From contig NC_133621.1 in the NCBI RefSeq assembly GCF_048593235.1, positions 66,827,148 to 66,862,174 on the forward strand: DNA of 35,027 nucleotides, read 5' to 3'. The DNA comes from Sminthopsis crassicaudata (lineage: Eukaryota). The notes beneath the pieces are model-generated. The model was not told the DNA's origin. It made no database searches and was given only the letters and a program-made list of their open reading frames with translations. Below are positions 22,691 through 34,017 of this stretch, piece by piece (within the stretch, counting starts at the first letter, position 1; every line of letters starts with the position of its first letter). A program made the position numbers and the translations under genes.

Positions 22691-23319
22691 CATGCTTTCC
22701 CCATACCCCACCACCTCTCCTTTTATCTGCAGATCATAAATTGTTCCTATAGATGACAGGGTGAGTCTGGCAGCAGTGCCTATAATTAGTTGAAACCTTG
22801 TATTTCAATGTACAGGACATTTTGATCTCCAGTGAGGCTGCTACAACCATTACAATCTGGACTAAAAAAAGGTATCCCCTATTTCTCCAGCTACATCTAG
22901 AAACTCTTCTTTCCTCCCCAGCTGTCTCAGACTGTCACTAGTTCAGACTTGGACCCATTTTTTATTCTTGCCTCATTTTTCCTTGGGTCTGTTGGGTAAA
23001 TGAAACTTCTCAAATGGAGAAATTCCATATATTTGGTCTCTGCTGATTTTGGCACATATCAGCATCCGGCTTGCATGAACAAGAGACCCGGCCCCAACTG
23101 AGGCCAGCTGGATCAATGTCACCAGGGACAACTTCCCACCAGAGCAACTTGTTTTCTTTCTCAGGCCAAAACCACAAGGGGTCTGTTATAAATGGTATAA
23201 AAGGCTGGGATACTTCATGTTTAAAAGAGAGAGAGAGAGATAAAACACATTGGCCCTGCATTCCTAGCAGGAGAAAGAAAACCTTGACTCCTAGCATTTA
23301 AAAGTTCCTATGATCTATA

Positions 23320-23530
23320 ATTCATATAGCATTGTAATTTATATAGTGCTCTGAAGTATTTTTACAAATATTACTTCATTTGATTCTCACAACAAGCTTG
23401 AGAAGTAAATACTATTATTATCCCCATTTTACAAGAGAGGAAACTGAGGTTAAGTGAGATTAATTGACTTTTGCAGGATTTCTTGGTTAATACATATCAG
23501 AGGCAGAACTTAAGTCTTCTTAATTCCATC
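23320..23530 (-). mobile_element. MIR
   Basis: tcatttgattctcacaac...tattattatccccattttacaagagaggaaactgaggtt. Confidence 0.75.
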
Positions 23531-23581
23531 TGTAGTAATTCCAAATTTCTTCATAGAGTAAAGTTAAGAAGTGCATTGACT

Positions 23582-23728
23582 TTCTGTCTGTCTCTGTCTC
23601 TGTCTCTGTCTCTCCCCCATTGGGTTAAGTGATTTATCTAGGACCACAGAGTAAATGTCTGATGCTGGATTTGAACTCAGGTCCTCTTGACTAAAGGACT
23701 GGAGCTGTCTCCACTGCACCCTCTAACT
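23582..23728 (-). mobile_element. Short CORE-SINE fragment (23620-23728) preceded by a (GTCTCT)n microsatellite
   Basis: gggttaagtgattt...gctggatttgaactcaggtcctcttgact...tccactgcacc contains an antisense B box. Confidence 0.65.
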
Positions 23729-23882
23729 GATTCTGAGAACCCACACAGTGCTTGTAATTCTCAGAAACCCTCTTGGGCTGAGACATTGTTAGAGACGCAG
23801 GGAACGGAGAAGATAAAAATCATTATTATGGATCATAGGAAGGCTCTGGCAGAAGCTTCTATCAATAGTTTAAGTCATTTGA

Positions 23883-24822
23883 GATGAAGACATTAAAGTC
23901 ATTTATTGTCATATGAAAAAATACTTTAAATCACTATTGATTAGAGAAATGCAAATTAAGACAATTCTGAAATACCATCTCACACCTCTCAGATTGACTG
24001 AGATGACAGGAAAAGATAATGATAAATGTTGGCGGGGGTATGGGGAAACTGGGACCCTAATACTTTGTTGGTAGAGTTGTGAACTGATCCAACCTTTCTG
24101 GAGAGCAATTTGGAACTATGCCCAAAGGGCTATAAAACCGTGCACACCTTTTGATCCATTGCTGTTTCTACTGTCTGTTTCCCAAAGTGATCATCATAAA
24201 GGAAGGAAAAAAGGGACCCACATGTGAAAAAATGTTTGTAGTACCCCTTTTTGTAGTGGAAAGGAATTGAAAACTGAATGGATGCCCATCAATTAAGTAA
24301 TGGCTGAATGAGTTATAATATGTGAATGTAATGGAATATTATTGTTCCATAAGACATAATGAACTGGCTAATTTCAGAAAAGCCTTGAAAGACTTATAAG
24401 AACTGATAGTAAGTGAAATGAGCAGAACCAAGATAACATTGTACACAAAATTATGTCATGATCAATCATGATGGACTTGGTTCTTTTCAACAATGAGCTG
24501 ATTCAAGGCAATTCAATAGATTTGTGAAGGAAAGTATCTTCCACATCCAGAGAGAGAGAACTCTGGAGACTGACTGTGGATCAAAGTATAGTATCTTCCC
24601 CTTTTTCTTGTTGTTTGCTTGGGATTTTTTCTCATGATTTGATCTGATTTTTCTTGTGCAGCATGATGAACATGGGAATACGTTTAAAAGAACTGCACAT
24701 GTTTAATCTATATCTACTTGCTATCTTGTGGGGGGTAGGGAGAAAAATTTGGAACACAAAGGTTTGCAAACATATATATCTTTGCATGCATTTGGAAAAA
24801 TAAAATACTATTAATTTAAAAG
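23883..24822 (+). mobile_element. L1 ORF2 C-terminus plus 3' UTR (decayed)
   Basis: tcactattgattagagaaatgcaaattaagac...gataaatgttggcgggg...ggagagcaatttggaactatgcccaaagggc...ttggaaaaataaaa. Confidence 0.9.
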
Positions 24823-24929
24823 GGGGAGGAAGATAGAAGATAAATAAAAATTTTTCTGATCCTGAAGGACAGAATTTAAAGGAAGAGGGGAGAGTGGATG
24901 AGTAAACTAGAGTCTTAAAGGGTACCTTA

Positions 24930-25300
24930 GAGTGCCTCTTAGAAAAATTGAGGAATGACTGAATAAACTGCAGTATATGATTGCATGGCATATTACTTCA
25001 CTGATAAAAGACAATTTCCAAGAATTGTGGGTAGAATATAGTGATCAGAACCAGAATAATTTATCACAGAACTGCAGCATATAAAATATAAAACCTTTAA
25101 ATACTTAAGAACTCTAATGAAAGACTAGCCAGCCATAGGATTGATGATGAAGCATATTATTTACCTCATGATAGAAGACTCAATGATGGATAAAACGTAC
25201 AAAGATCTACATTTCTAGATGTGCTAATTCTGTAAATTTAGCTTAACTAAGTTAATTTGTTTGAGAGTAGAAGGAGATGAGAACTTCTGAAACATTTTAA
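24930..25300 (+). mobile_element. Old L1 3' region fragment
   Basis: ggaatgactgaataaactgcagtatatg...gatcagaaccagaataattt...aagaactctaat...gattgatgatgaagcat. Confidence 0.6.
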
Positions 25301-25477
25301 ACAAGATAGTTTTCAAAGTTGTGTGTCAAGTCTACTATATATTTTTTGGAAGCAAGTAGTATAAAATTAAGATTCAGTTTCACATAGAATCTTCTTTTTG
25401 TGTTCTGTTTGGGTATAGAAATTTACTTTTCTGGTGTTTTAAATTCAGAATTTAAGAAGAACCTTTTTAAAGTGGTA

Positions 25478-25640
25478 AAAGAAAAGATCATGATAAATGT
25501 TAGAGGGGATGTGGGAAAACTGGGACACTAATGGTGGAGTTGGTGGAGTTGTGAAATGATCCAGATATTCTAGAGAGCAATTTGAAACCATGCCCAAAGG
25601 GCTATAAAATTGTGCATATCCTTTAATCCAGCAGTGTACT
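25478..25640 (+). mobile_element. L1 ORF2 C-terminal fragment
   Basis: gataaatgttagaggggatgtgggaaaactgggacactaatg...gagagcaatttgaaaccatgcccaaagggctataaaattgtgcatatcc. Confidence 0.75.
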
Positions 25641-25784
25641 CCAGTTTCATCCATCATAGAGAAGCATGCTCTGGAATGAAAAGTCACAGAGAGTGGGTGG
25701 AACAACTGATATGCTCTTTCCAAGAATGGTAGTAGTGATTGAATTACTGTTCCTAGATCTAGACAAAGAAAGTGTGGAGTTTAC

Positions 25785-25807
25785 ATATATATATACATAT
25801 ATATATG

Positions 25808-25866
<59 letters not shown>
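25785..25866. repeat. Compound (TA)n(TG)n microsatellite
   Basis: Read directly from the sequence. Confidence 0.95.
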
Positions 25867-25867
<1 letters not shown>

Positions 25868-26364
25868 CTCTTACCGATCAGGAGTGGAGTCTGTTTTGTA
25901 TGGTTCTTCCTCAGATATTGGAGCTAGTCCTCCCTTAGGAGCACTATTCTTCAGGCCATAGCTGTCTCTGTATTCTATCCCCCACCCATTACTACATCTT
26001 TTATATCATTAAATTCCTTGAATTGAGCCATTCCACAGTGTTTTATCTTCTTAGCATTTGGCACAACATTATTTTTCACTTGAAGCTACATATGATATTT
26101 TAAAAATAACTTTGTCCCTTCCACACTGGATTGTTAGTCTTTACAAGTCATCATGTCTTCTCTTTCTTTCCTATGTTCCATTATTATAATCTAGTGTAGT
26201 TTAATTGTAAAATAAATTTGATTGTTAAATAAATAAACTCAACTCACTCAAATGTTCATGCTGAACATTCATGTATTTGGATACCTATATCTATAGATGT
26301 GTCTGGATTTCTGTATCTTGGACATAGCAAGGGCCTAATATATGCTTGTTAAATTGAATTGCAT

Positions 26365-26690
26365 TTTGGCTCTTAGTATAGTATTTGGCACATAGTAGGT
26401 GTTTAATAAGTGCTTACTGACTGATTTGACATATTTTCCTGTGTCCTTATCTTTCTTATATTCTGATATGTCATAAAATATAATATAATATGCCATATAA
26501 TAGATAATATATGTAATATATAACATATATAATATAATGTATATTATATAACATGGAATTATGTAATATTATATTATATATAATAACATAATGTTTTTGT
26601 AGGAATCATTTCATTCTTTATATTTGTATTACTCAGCACCCAACACAATATCTAGTATACTTGATAAATGCTTGTTGATTGACTACTTGA
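26365..26690 (+). mobile_element. Two L2-type 3' tails (26365-26430, 26600-26690) around an AT-rich tract
   Basis: ttggcacatagtaggtgtttaataagtgcttactgactga and ttgataaatgcttgttgattgact. Confidence 0.55.
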
Positions 26691-27341
26691 TTTGAGTGGT
26701 AACCTCCATATCCTCCCAAATTCACAGTAATCATGCAATTGATATTAATAAGACCAATCTTAAGAGATACCCACCTATGGGGTATGAATGAAAAGATGCC
26801 AGGAAAAGCACCTTCCTTCCCTTTCCAAATGTAATTTCTCCATATGTTCACTGATGCCCAAAATTCCTTTAGATGGGAACAAAGCCATTTGTTCCACAGT
26901 TAGGAACAACTTAAGTACAAATATCCCTGGGAGAGGAAACAATTTGGCTTAGAGTTTTAAAGATGTAAATGATTGATATCAGATTCTTTTCTGAATGCAG
27001 GTTTTAAAGGAGGGGATTGGAAGAGGAACAGGCTTCTGGGTATGAGAGTTAGAGAAAGAGAATCTGGTAAAAGGAAGAAAGTGACTCAAAAAAGGGAAGA
27101 TGGAATCATGAGCAGGGGGTAAAAAAAACACTACTGCCTAAGTTGTCTTGGGATATGTTGATGACAATCTTTTCATAAACATTTGGAAATTATACAAGGA
27201 ATCATACTGTGTGTGAAAATGAAAGCTTCTCACATAGCAGTCGGGACACTTTAAGAAAAGCATTAGGAATGCACAAAAAGTGCACAAAATCTCTCTGAAG
27301 GTGCACCACATTGTGAGCATGCTGGTCTGTTCCATAGAAAG

Positions 27342-27529
27342 CAATAGTTATTGACTATTTTTGTGCCGTGGACTTCTTTGGTAATCTAGTGAAATCTATG
27401 GATCTTCTCTTAGAATAATGCTTTTTAAATGGCTTAGAATTTATAGGATTACAAAGGAAACCAATTACACTGAAATACAGTTATCAAAATATGTTTAAAA
27501 ATAAACAAATTCATGGCTAAGAACCCTTG
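27342..27529. mobile_element. Non-autonomous hAT/Charlie-type MITE (decayed)
   Basis: ttttgtgccgtggacttctttgg...cttagaataatgctttttaaatg...ggattacaaaggaaaccaatt...gaaatacagttatcaaaat. Right end taagaacccttg. Left TIR and TSD are degenerate. Confidence 0.6.
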
Positions 27530-30387
27530 ATATGGAGGATGTGAGCACTCCCCTAATGTGCTCAGCATTCATTTTTCACATTGTCTGGGGCAAGAGAGCC
27601 TCCTTCAGTGAGGGAAATTCTCCAGACTACACTTTTCAGAAAGCTGTGTTTGAACTTGCCAGGTACTGATCTCAGCGTTGATACTTAATGGATGACAAAC
27701 ACTCCCACTTTGAGAAGAGGATTTATTTTTAATGATACAAGACATCTTATGGAAAGATTAGTTTCAAGTAGCATATGCATCAGTAGCTAGAATGGACATG
27801 AAGAGAGGCGCAAGTCATGGACCTAACCATGATGCTCTGAAAAATTAGCATTCCACTTGGGCAAAGATAATGGCAGGAAGAGGTATGGCAAGCCATTTAT
27901 CTATTCAGAACTCTGAAATTATAAATTCTGTGAAGTTATAAAGGGAAAATTAGTAATCAGAGCAGTTTTGAACTCTAATCTCTAACCATGACTGGTATCG
28001 TGATAGATTTATCTTTCTTGCTATATCAGAGAGCACAAGAGATTAGCTGAGGAGTTTGCTAGCATTCCTCTGAACACACATAAAAATGTTGACCATTTAG
28101 TATAGGTGCAGTGATGCTTTTTACCTGATGCAATTCCTTGTCATCTACCTTTCTATCCTGTTTCATTAAAATGCCTTTTGCTCTGAATCCATGTGGCATC
28201 TGGCATGATCTTGCTTGAATATAAGTAGGTGGGGGCTCAAAATGGCAGATTTGAAAAAAATTACAAGCCAAATAATATTCTGAATCTGAGTGTAGCTAAG
28301 AAAAGTACCAAAACAATTAAAAAAAACCCCTCAGTTATCTGGAAGAGTCAGACCCCAGAGCAGTAGAGAATGACCTTTATGTATTTTGTGGTCAATGGAT
28401 AATAGGAAACTGCATTATAAGACAGTAGTCTTAGTTTGTGATTAGAAAATATAGTGACTCAGTACTTTTGGTTCCAGGAGTTGGCCCAGTTAATAGGCAG
28501 AAGAAATTGGCCAGTTGAGAGTAAGGTCAACATTACAGTCGTGTCTGCTATTATAGAGATGTATCCTTAAAATTCTCTAGAAGCAGGGAACAATTATGCT
28601 TCAGAAATAAAATTCAACACAATTGAGAAGATATAACTTCTTGTTGGAAAGAATGAAAGGAAGGACAAATCTAGACTCTTCACATGGCCCATGACCTAAC
28701 ATTTTTTGCTGCTCATTTTCCCTGGCTGTCTCACTAGCTAATTTTCCTTTCCATTGGTAAACTGGCAGGAAGCAAGAGAAATGAGGGGCTGACTTTTTTC
28801 ATTAGTGATACTTATTATATATAATGCCCTAGAATACAGAATGATGAGAGTTTTTTCTCATCCTTTTGAAAAAACAAACAAACAAAATAAAACACAGTAC
28901 TAACCCTGAACTACAGGATAATTGGATAAATAAAGGGCCACAGATACTGCTGGTTTAGCATGTGTAGGCAAAATTTGAAAACCTGCCAGCAGATTCCAGA
29001 AATCTCATTTGGGACGAACATTCCCTCCTCTTTCTATTCTCAGGCTTAATATAAATGCTGATATTTGTTTAGGCTTTTGAATGTTGAATCTTATTCTAAA
29101 AGGTTGGCCATAATATTCATGAATGAAATAAAATCAGTTAAAAATTGTGTCCCAGTTCTTTTACCTTTTATCTAAAATTATAACAACATTCTGGATGAGG
29201 AAATAGAAGGATTCTTTATTTTACTGAAGCCATGTTTTAAATAATTGGATAAATTTCCCAATATCCCTTGATTGCCTACCTAGGAGACATCCAGTCCCAA
29301 ACTGTGTCAATTTATATTTATATTCTACCTCAGGAATATTTTCCTATTGTTCAATTTGTAAAAGAAATTCACCAAGCAAGTACCTAAAGACATTTTCAAA
29401 TGGCATCTTCAATATCCGCCAACCCATGAATGTTTCTATCTCAGCAAGAAAGGGCTTAGCTTATGAATAAGCTGCCTCAACATCAAACATAAAGGAAACA
29501 AATTAGAAGCCATCTCCTGCTCAGCTAAATTACCCCAGCATGTATTGCAGTTGGGGGAGTACTGGCTATTGAGTACAGTAGAAAAAAATCCCTTTCATTA
29601 TTTTGTTAGGAGGAGATTATATAAAATTTTAGGTGGACATATTTATAGTAAAACGTCAGGAGATTTCCTTTTGAAATTTGCCATTTTACCAAAATGCATG
29701 TTAAATATGTTAACTTGTGTCACTATGGAACTTATTCCATCATGGCTTAAGATAAGTTGTTCCTCCTTCTCAGAGATTCTCCACTTTAAGCAATAAAAAA
29801 ATTGATGGCATGGATCTAGGTGACTAGATCTTGAAGACGTGTCCTTGAAGGGATTGTCCAGATGGCTTCAAAAGTCCCCTTCAGTTCTGAAACTCACTGC
29901 CCCTCAGTTCTGTTACGTTGTTTCTCATTTCCATGTCCATTGACCTTCTCTAGTCTAACTATTCTCTGACTTCACATGTTGGCTTTCCAAGAGACACAAT
30001 TTTGCCTCGTCTAGATAGCAATGTAATTAGAAAGCAATTTGGCACACATGTGCCATTCAAGAGTAATTTGGCACAGCCTCATCATGATGCTGGCAACAAT
30101 GATTTTATTTCTTGTTGGCGACTCTCCCAGATGCCTTACAGCTCATGAGATCCTCATCTGCACATCCTTCGAAAAAACTCCTGGCAGGACGTGGATATCA
30201 AGCCTTGTGGGTTGGAGAGCTGTGATTGCTGTACTGGGGTGTATAGTATCAGTCTCTCAACAGACGTGATTGCCTGGCATTATAGGCTATGCCGTGTCAG
30301 GTCGAAGAAGGGAGAATAGCCAGACTGGCTATGTGCTACCCTTGTTATTTCCTTGGCTTGATTTAGTGAGCCCTAGAACAGCCCTCT

Positions 30388-30578
30388 GGGCAGCTTGGTG
30401 GCACAAGGGATAGAGTGCCAGCCCAGAATCAGGAAGAGTTATTTTCCTGAATTCAAATCTAGCCTCAGGGCAAGTTATTTAACCCTGTTTGCCTCCATTC
30501 CTCATCTGTAAAATGAGCTGGAGAAGGAAATGGCAAATCACCTCAGTATCCTTACCAAGAAAACCCCAAATGAGAGTC
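30388..30578 (+). mobile_element. Mar1-like marsupial CORE-SINE with small internal deletion
   Basis: gggcagcttggtggcac...gaattcaaatctagcc...ctcatctgtaaaatgagctggagaaggaaatggcaaatcacctcagtatcc...aaaaccccaaatg. Confidence 0.85.
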
Positions 30579-31399
30579 TAAAATAACAATGAAAATAGTA
30601 CTCATTTCCTAGGGCCTGGTCATCATAGTAAGATTAGGAAAGAAAAACTGGATTAGATGATCAGTTAATTATGGGACAATAGTGTTTAATGGGTAGAAAG
30701 CAATGAAGTTAACTTGAAAATTCAAGACCCATGATTCAGAAATTGTGTTTCCTAAAATGGAAAAAAGGAGAGAGCAATTAGATAGAAACATGAAGAACAG
30801 AATCTTTGCTCTACTCTGTTCTGAGGATGAGCTGAGAACTCAGAGGTACAGAAAGAAATGTATCTTTGAAAGGAGATAATTAGGAAGTAACCCATGGTGG
30901 AAGGAGGAGTTATTGATGGACAGAAGTTTGGCAAGGACAAAGAGTGCTACTGGACCAGCAGAAAAGGCTGAGGTGTACTCTGTTGGGTTTTGACTGGAGT
31001 GGATTTTTTTTGGCATACTGTGTTGATGAAATGTCTGCTTCAGCTGGAAGTCTAGTCACTTGTATATTCCTACGAATATACAAAGCTAAGTGACCTCCCT
31101 CTCCCCAGCCCTTTTTAACTTTATTTTTGGTTGTAGCAGCCAGACAGAACAAGTTCTTCAGTTAATGAAGATGAATGTCAACTTGCCAAACACCTACCAG
31201 CTCTTCCTATAGTCACCAATGATGAGGGTAAACATGGTCAATGGCTGAGACTATCAGAAATCTGAAGAAACATGCAGGGTTGAAGTGTTCATATTCATGG
31301 AATTAAAAAGCCTCATTTGCCCACAAGCATTCTGACCTCAATTTTCCCTTCTTTTACAAGACATCACAACAGCTAACTCTCCTCTGCTCTCAAATTCCT

Positions 31400-31555
31400 T
31401 CTTCCCAATAAAAATGCATTTATTTGGAATAAATAAGCATAACCAAGCAAAACAAATAAAATATGAACCATGTCAGACAGTATCTCTTTTTACATTGATA
31501 GGAGGCTTTATCATCAGCCCCCTGGAATCATGGTTGGGCATTGTATTGTTCAGAG
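31400..31555 (-). mobile_element. Old L1 3' UTR fragment (same family as 5300-5590)
   Basis: catcagccccctggaatcatggttgggcattgtattgttcagagt. Confidence 0.55.
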
Positions 31556-31559
31556 TGAT

Positions 31560-31614
31560 ATCTCTATCCATTATCTAACTATCTATCTATCATTTGTCCA
31601 TCTATCCATCTATC

Positions 31615-31645
<31 letters not shown>

Positions 31646-31715
31646 CTGTCAATCTATCCATCCATCCATTCAATCTATCATTTATCCATCCTATCTATCT
31701 GTCTGTCTCTCTGCC
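31560..31715. repeat. (TCTA)n/(TCCA)n tetranucleotide repeat
   Basis: Read directly from the sequence. Confidence 0.9.
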
Positions 31716-31740
31716 TATTTATCTGGCAAAGACACTTTCA

Positions 31741-31799
31741 GGGACTTTCCAATTTGCTTCCTTGACTTATTTGTACAGCTGAAGGACCATGGTGAGTCA
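31741..31799. promoter_or_regulatory. Candidate enhancer: NF-kB GGGACTTTCC (31741-31750), E-box CAGCTG (31776-31781), AP-1 TGAGTCA (31793-31799)
   Basis: Exact motif matches within 60 bp of non-repetitive DNA. Confidence 0.4.
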
Positions 31800-32298
31800 C
31801 AGTCTTTCAGAGTGCCTAGGTTTGGATGATGGACCTAGTGTTCCTTTCCAAGAGTCCATTCAAGACATGAAATCTGAAGAAGACATCATTGGGCAGATTC
31901 CTAGGGATTGCTTGTTCCCCAGAACGTCTCTCTAAGCTTATTTTCTATCTCAAGTGAATATCTGAATGAAAAAGACATTGTGCTAAGTAATGGGGCTATA
32001 ATTATATAAAGTGAGAGAATCCCTGATTTCACATTATTTACATTCTGAAAGATGACACATCACTTCATAAGAATATATTCTCTCTCTCAATCCTTCCCAA
32101 GGGTGCCCCAAGATTATGCTGCCTGGGATTTATGTTTCCAAAGTATTTGGGTCATCTCTTGTCTTATCTTCACCCTGTCACAGTGTGAAAAGGTAGGTTC
32201 TATCATTTCATTTATAAAGATACTGAGCCTCCCAGATCCCAAGGGCTTTACCCCCTTCCTCCTATTCTCCCCTCCCCCACTCCTCTGTCTACACACAG

Positions 32299-32378
32299 CC
32301 CATCCTGAGATTCCTCCTGAAAAGCACTTCTGTGCTCCAGGAGCAGCCTGAGACAGCCTCTTTCCAGGGAGAACCAGG
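32299..32378 (+). other. Candidate exon (80 nt)
   Basis: Long pyrimidine tract ...ccccactcctctgtctacacacAG and donor CAG|GTTAGC. Only phase 0 is open (PILRFLLKSTSVLQEQPETASFPGRT). Not recognised. Confidence 0.45.
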
Positions 32379-32808
32379 TTAGCTAGCACATCTGTACTCC
32401 ATATGTTCGTGGTTTTCTGGTTGCCTCTCAGCACAACTGAAAGTACTGGTTTTAACCTTTAAAATCCTGCTTGCTCTGGTTTTTGTCTCTGACCGACCTC
32501 CATCCTCCTTTTGTATGAGTTAAGGAGCTGGAATCAATGGAGGCAGGTTTGCTTTCTGACAGTTGACAGGGATTTCTCAGTTGAAGATCGTTGACTTTGG
32601 AACTATTCCCTCTGTCAGTCCTATAAAGTCCACATTTCCTGACCCTCAGGTCATAGTAACAGACCCATCTGTTTTTGCAGTCAGTCACTAGGGGAACTTA
32701 ATTGGAAAAAAAAAAAGTTTGTCTAAAGCTTTGCTAGATGATGAATGGAAACCTGGCCATTCTGTTTGGTAATCATGGCGATCAGCACATTTCCACTCCC
32801 CTACCATA

Positions 32809-32836
32809 TTTTCTTCTTTCTTTCTTGTAGGTATGG
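32809..32836 (+). other. Strong splice acceptor immediately followed by donor-like GTATGG
   Basis: ttttcttctttctttcttgTAG|GTATGG at 32830/32831, with ~44 nt free of AG upstream. Confidence 0.5.
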
Positions 32837-32991
32837 GCCCAAGAAATGCCCAATGTTCATCAAATCCAAAACGACATACGTAAAAAATGGAGAAAACAGA
32901 AACCAAGTGGCCAAAGCTTTTAATCCTTTCTCAGCCAACTCTATCAATTTTCAGTTTTAGCACTGAATGATTTTTGATTGATGGGCTGATT

Positions 32992-33170
32992 CAGTGGTAA
33001 CAAACTCAAATAGATATGAATGTTTGAGGCCATTTATGACTTAGAAACTAGAAATTAACATGATTTTTATTGTATTACTTTTTCATTTATTTTTAAACAT
33101 TTCCCAATTGTCTTTTCATTTGGTTCTTGACCTCTCAGGAGTTTTGAGTGCAGTGAGTTTGACATTTGTG
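32992..33170. mobile_element. Non-autonomous hAT-type MITE with 8-bp TSD
   Basis: Ends cagtggtaacaaactc and gagtttgacatttgtg (10/16 inverted match). TSD GGCTGATT (32984-32991) vs GACTAATT (33171-33178). Confidence 0.7.
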
Positions 33171-33769
33171 GACTAATTGATGAAAATCCATCATGGTGAT
33201 AGTTATTCTGCTAGCTTATCTTACAAGTTAGACGTTTGGGAAAAAATAAGACTATTACTTCAGATACATTTAGCCAAAGTAGCTTCATAGTAGGTTATTA
33301 AAGGAAATTACAAACTATAACCTTTTGAAGTTGACATAAACCATCCCTCCGTGCATTCTAAAGCTGGGAATGGATCATGCACCTGATCCAGTATAGAGAT
33401 TCTACATTTTTATATCATTTTGACGCTTTCCAAATATTAATCCTCAAGGCAGCCTAGGGAGACAAGTGAATATCCATTTTTTAAAACCCTACAAGAAAAC
33501 ACAAAGAGACCTAACTCTACCCTTGAATAGCTTCTCTGAGTTCCCAAAGGGACATGGCCAACAAACAGTTCCTCTGTTCCCAATTCTGCTTTAATTGATC
33601 TAGCCAGGCCTTGATGTCACCATACTCTCCAGTTTGCATCATATAATTCTGAAACTTCCACTGAAGGATAAGGAAGGGCTGGCGCTTCTAAAACCCAGCA
33701 TCATGGAGACCAAGCCCATGTGGCAGCCAGAACAGGGCACTGAGCCTGCGTCTCTAGTTCCCTCGCTAT

Positions 33770-33796
33770 GTTTTCTTTCTTGATTTCAGGTAAATG
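33770..33796 (+). other. Strong splice acceptor immediately followed by donor-like GTAAAT
   Basis: gttttctttcttgatttCAG|GTAAATG at 33789/33790, with ~30 nt free of AG upstream. Confidence 0.5.
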
Positions 33797-34017
33797 ATGT
33801 GTGTGGCAGATGCGTACTTCTTAAGCTTTCTAATCCTGTGATTTTTATGGTCAGGACTCTCCAATTCACAATGCCAGTCTCAGAGCTGAGTTCCCATAAA
33901 AGATGCTTAGGGCTTAATTCATCTGCTAAGAAATGCCCCACTTTTTGTTATCTTCTTTTTCACTCTAATGGTAAAGGAGAGAGAAGAGAGGACACAATTG
34001 TGAGACAAGTTAGGGTA

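Noticed and set aside
27595-27663. Possible + exon ending CAG|GTACTG (RASFSEGNSPDYTFQKAVFELA)
   Set aside because: The acceptor is poor (GGGGCAAG) and the peptide is not recognised.
28120-28215. Possible minus-strand exon ending CAG|GTAAAA
   Set aside because: Weak acceptor and no homology. Such sites are frequent by chance.
32630-32660. Third AG|GT junction (ctgaccctcAG|GTCATA)
   Set aside because: Short pyrimidine tract and poor donor consensus compared with the other two sites.
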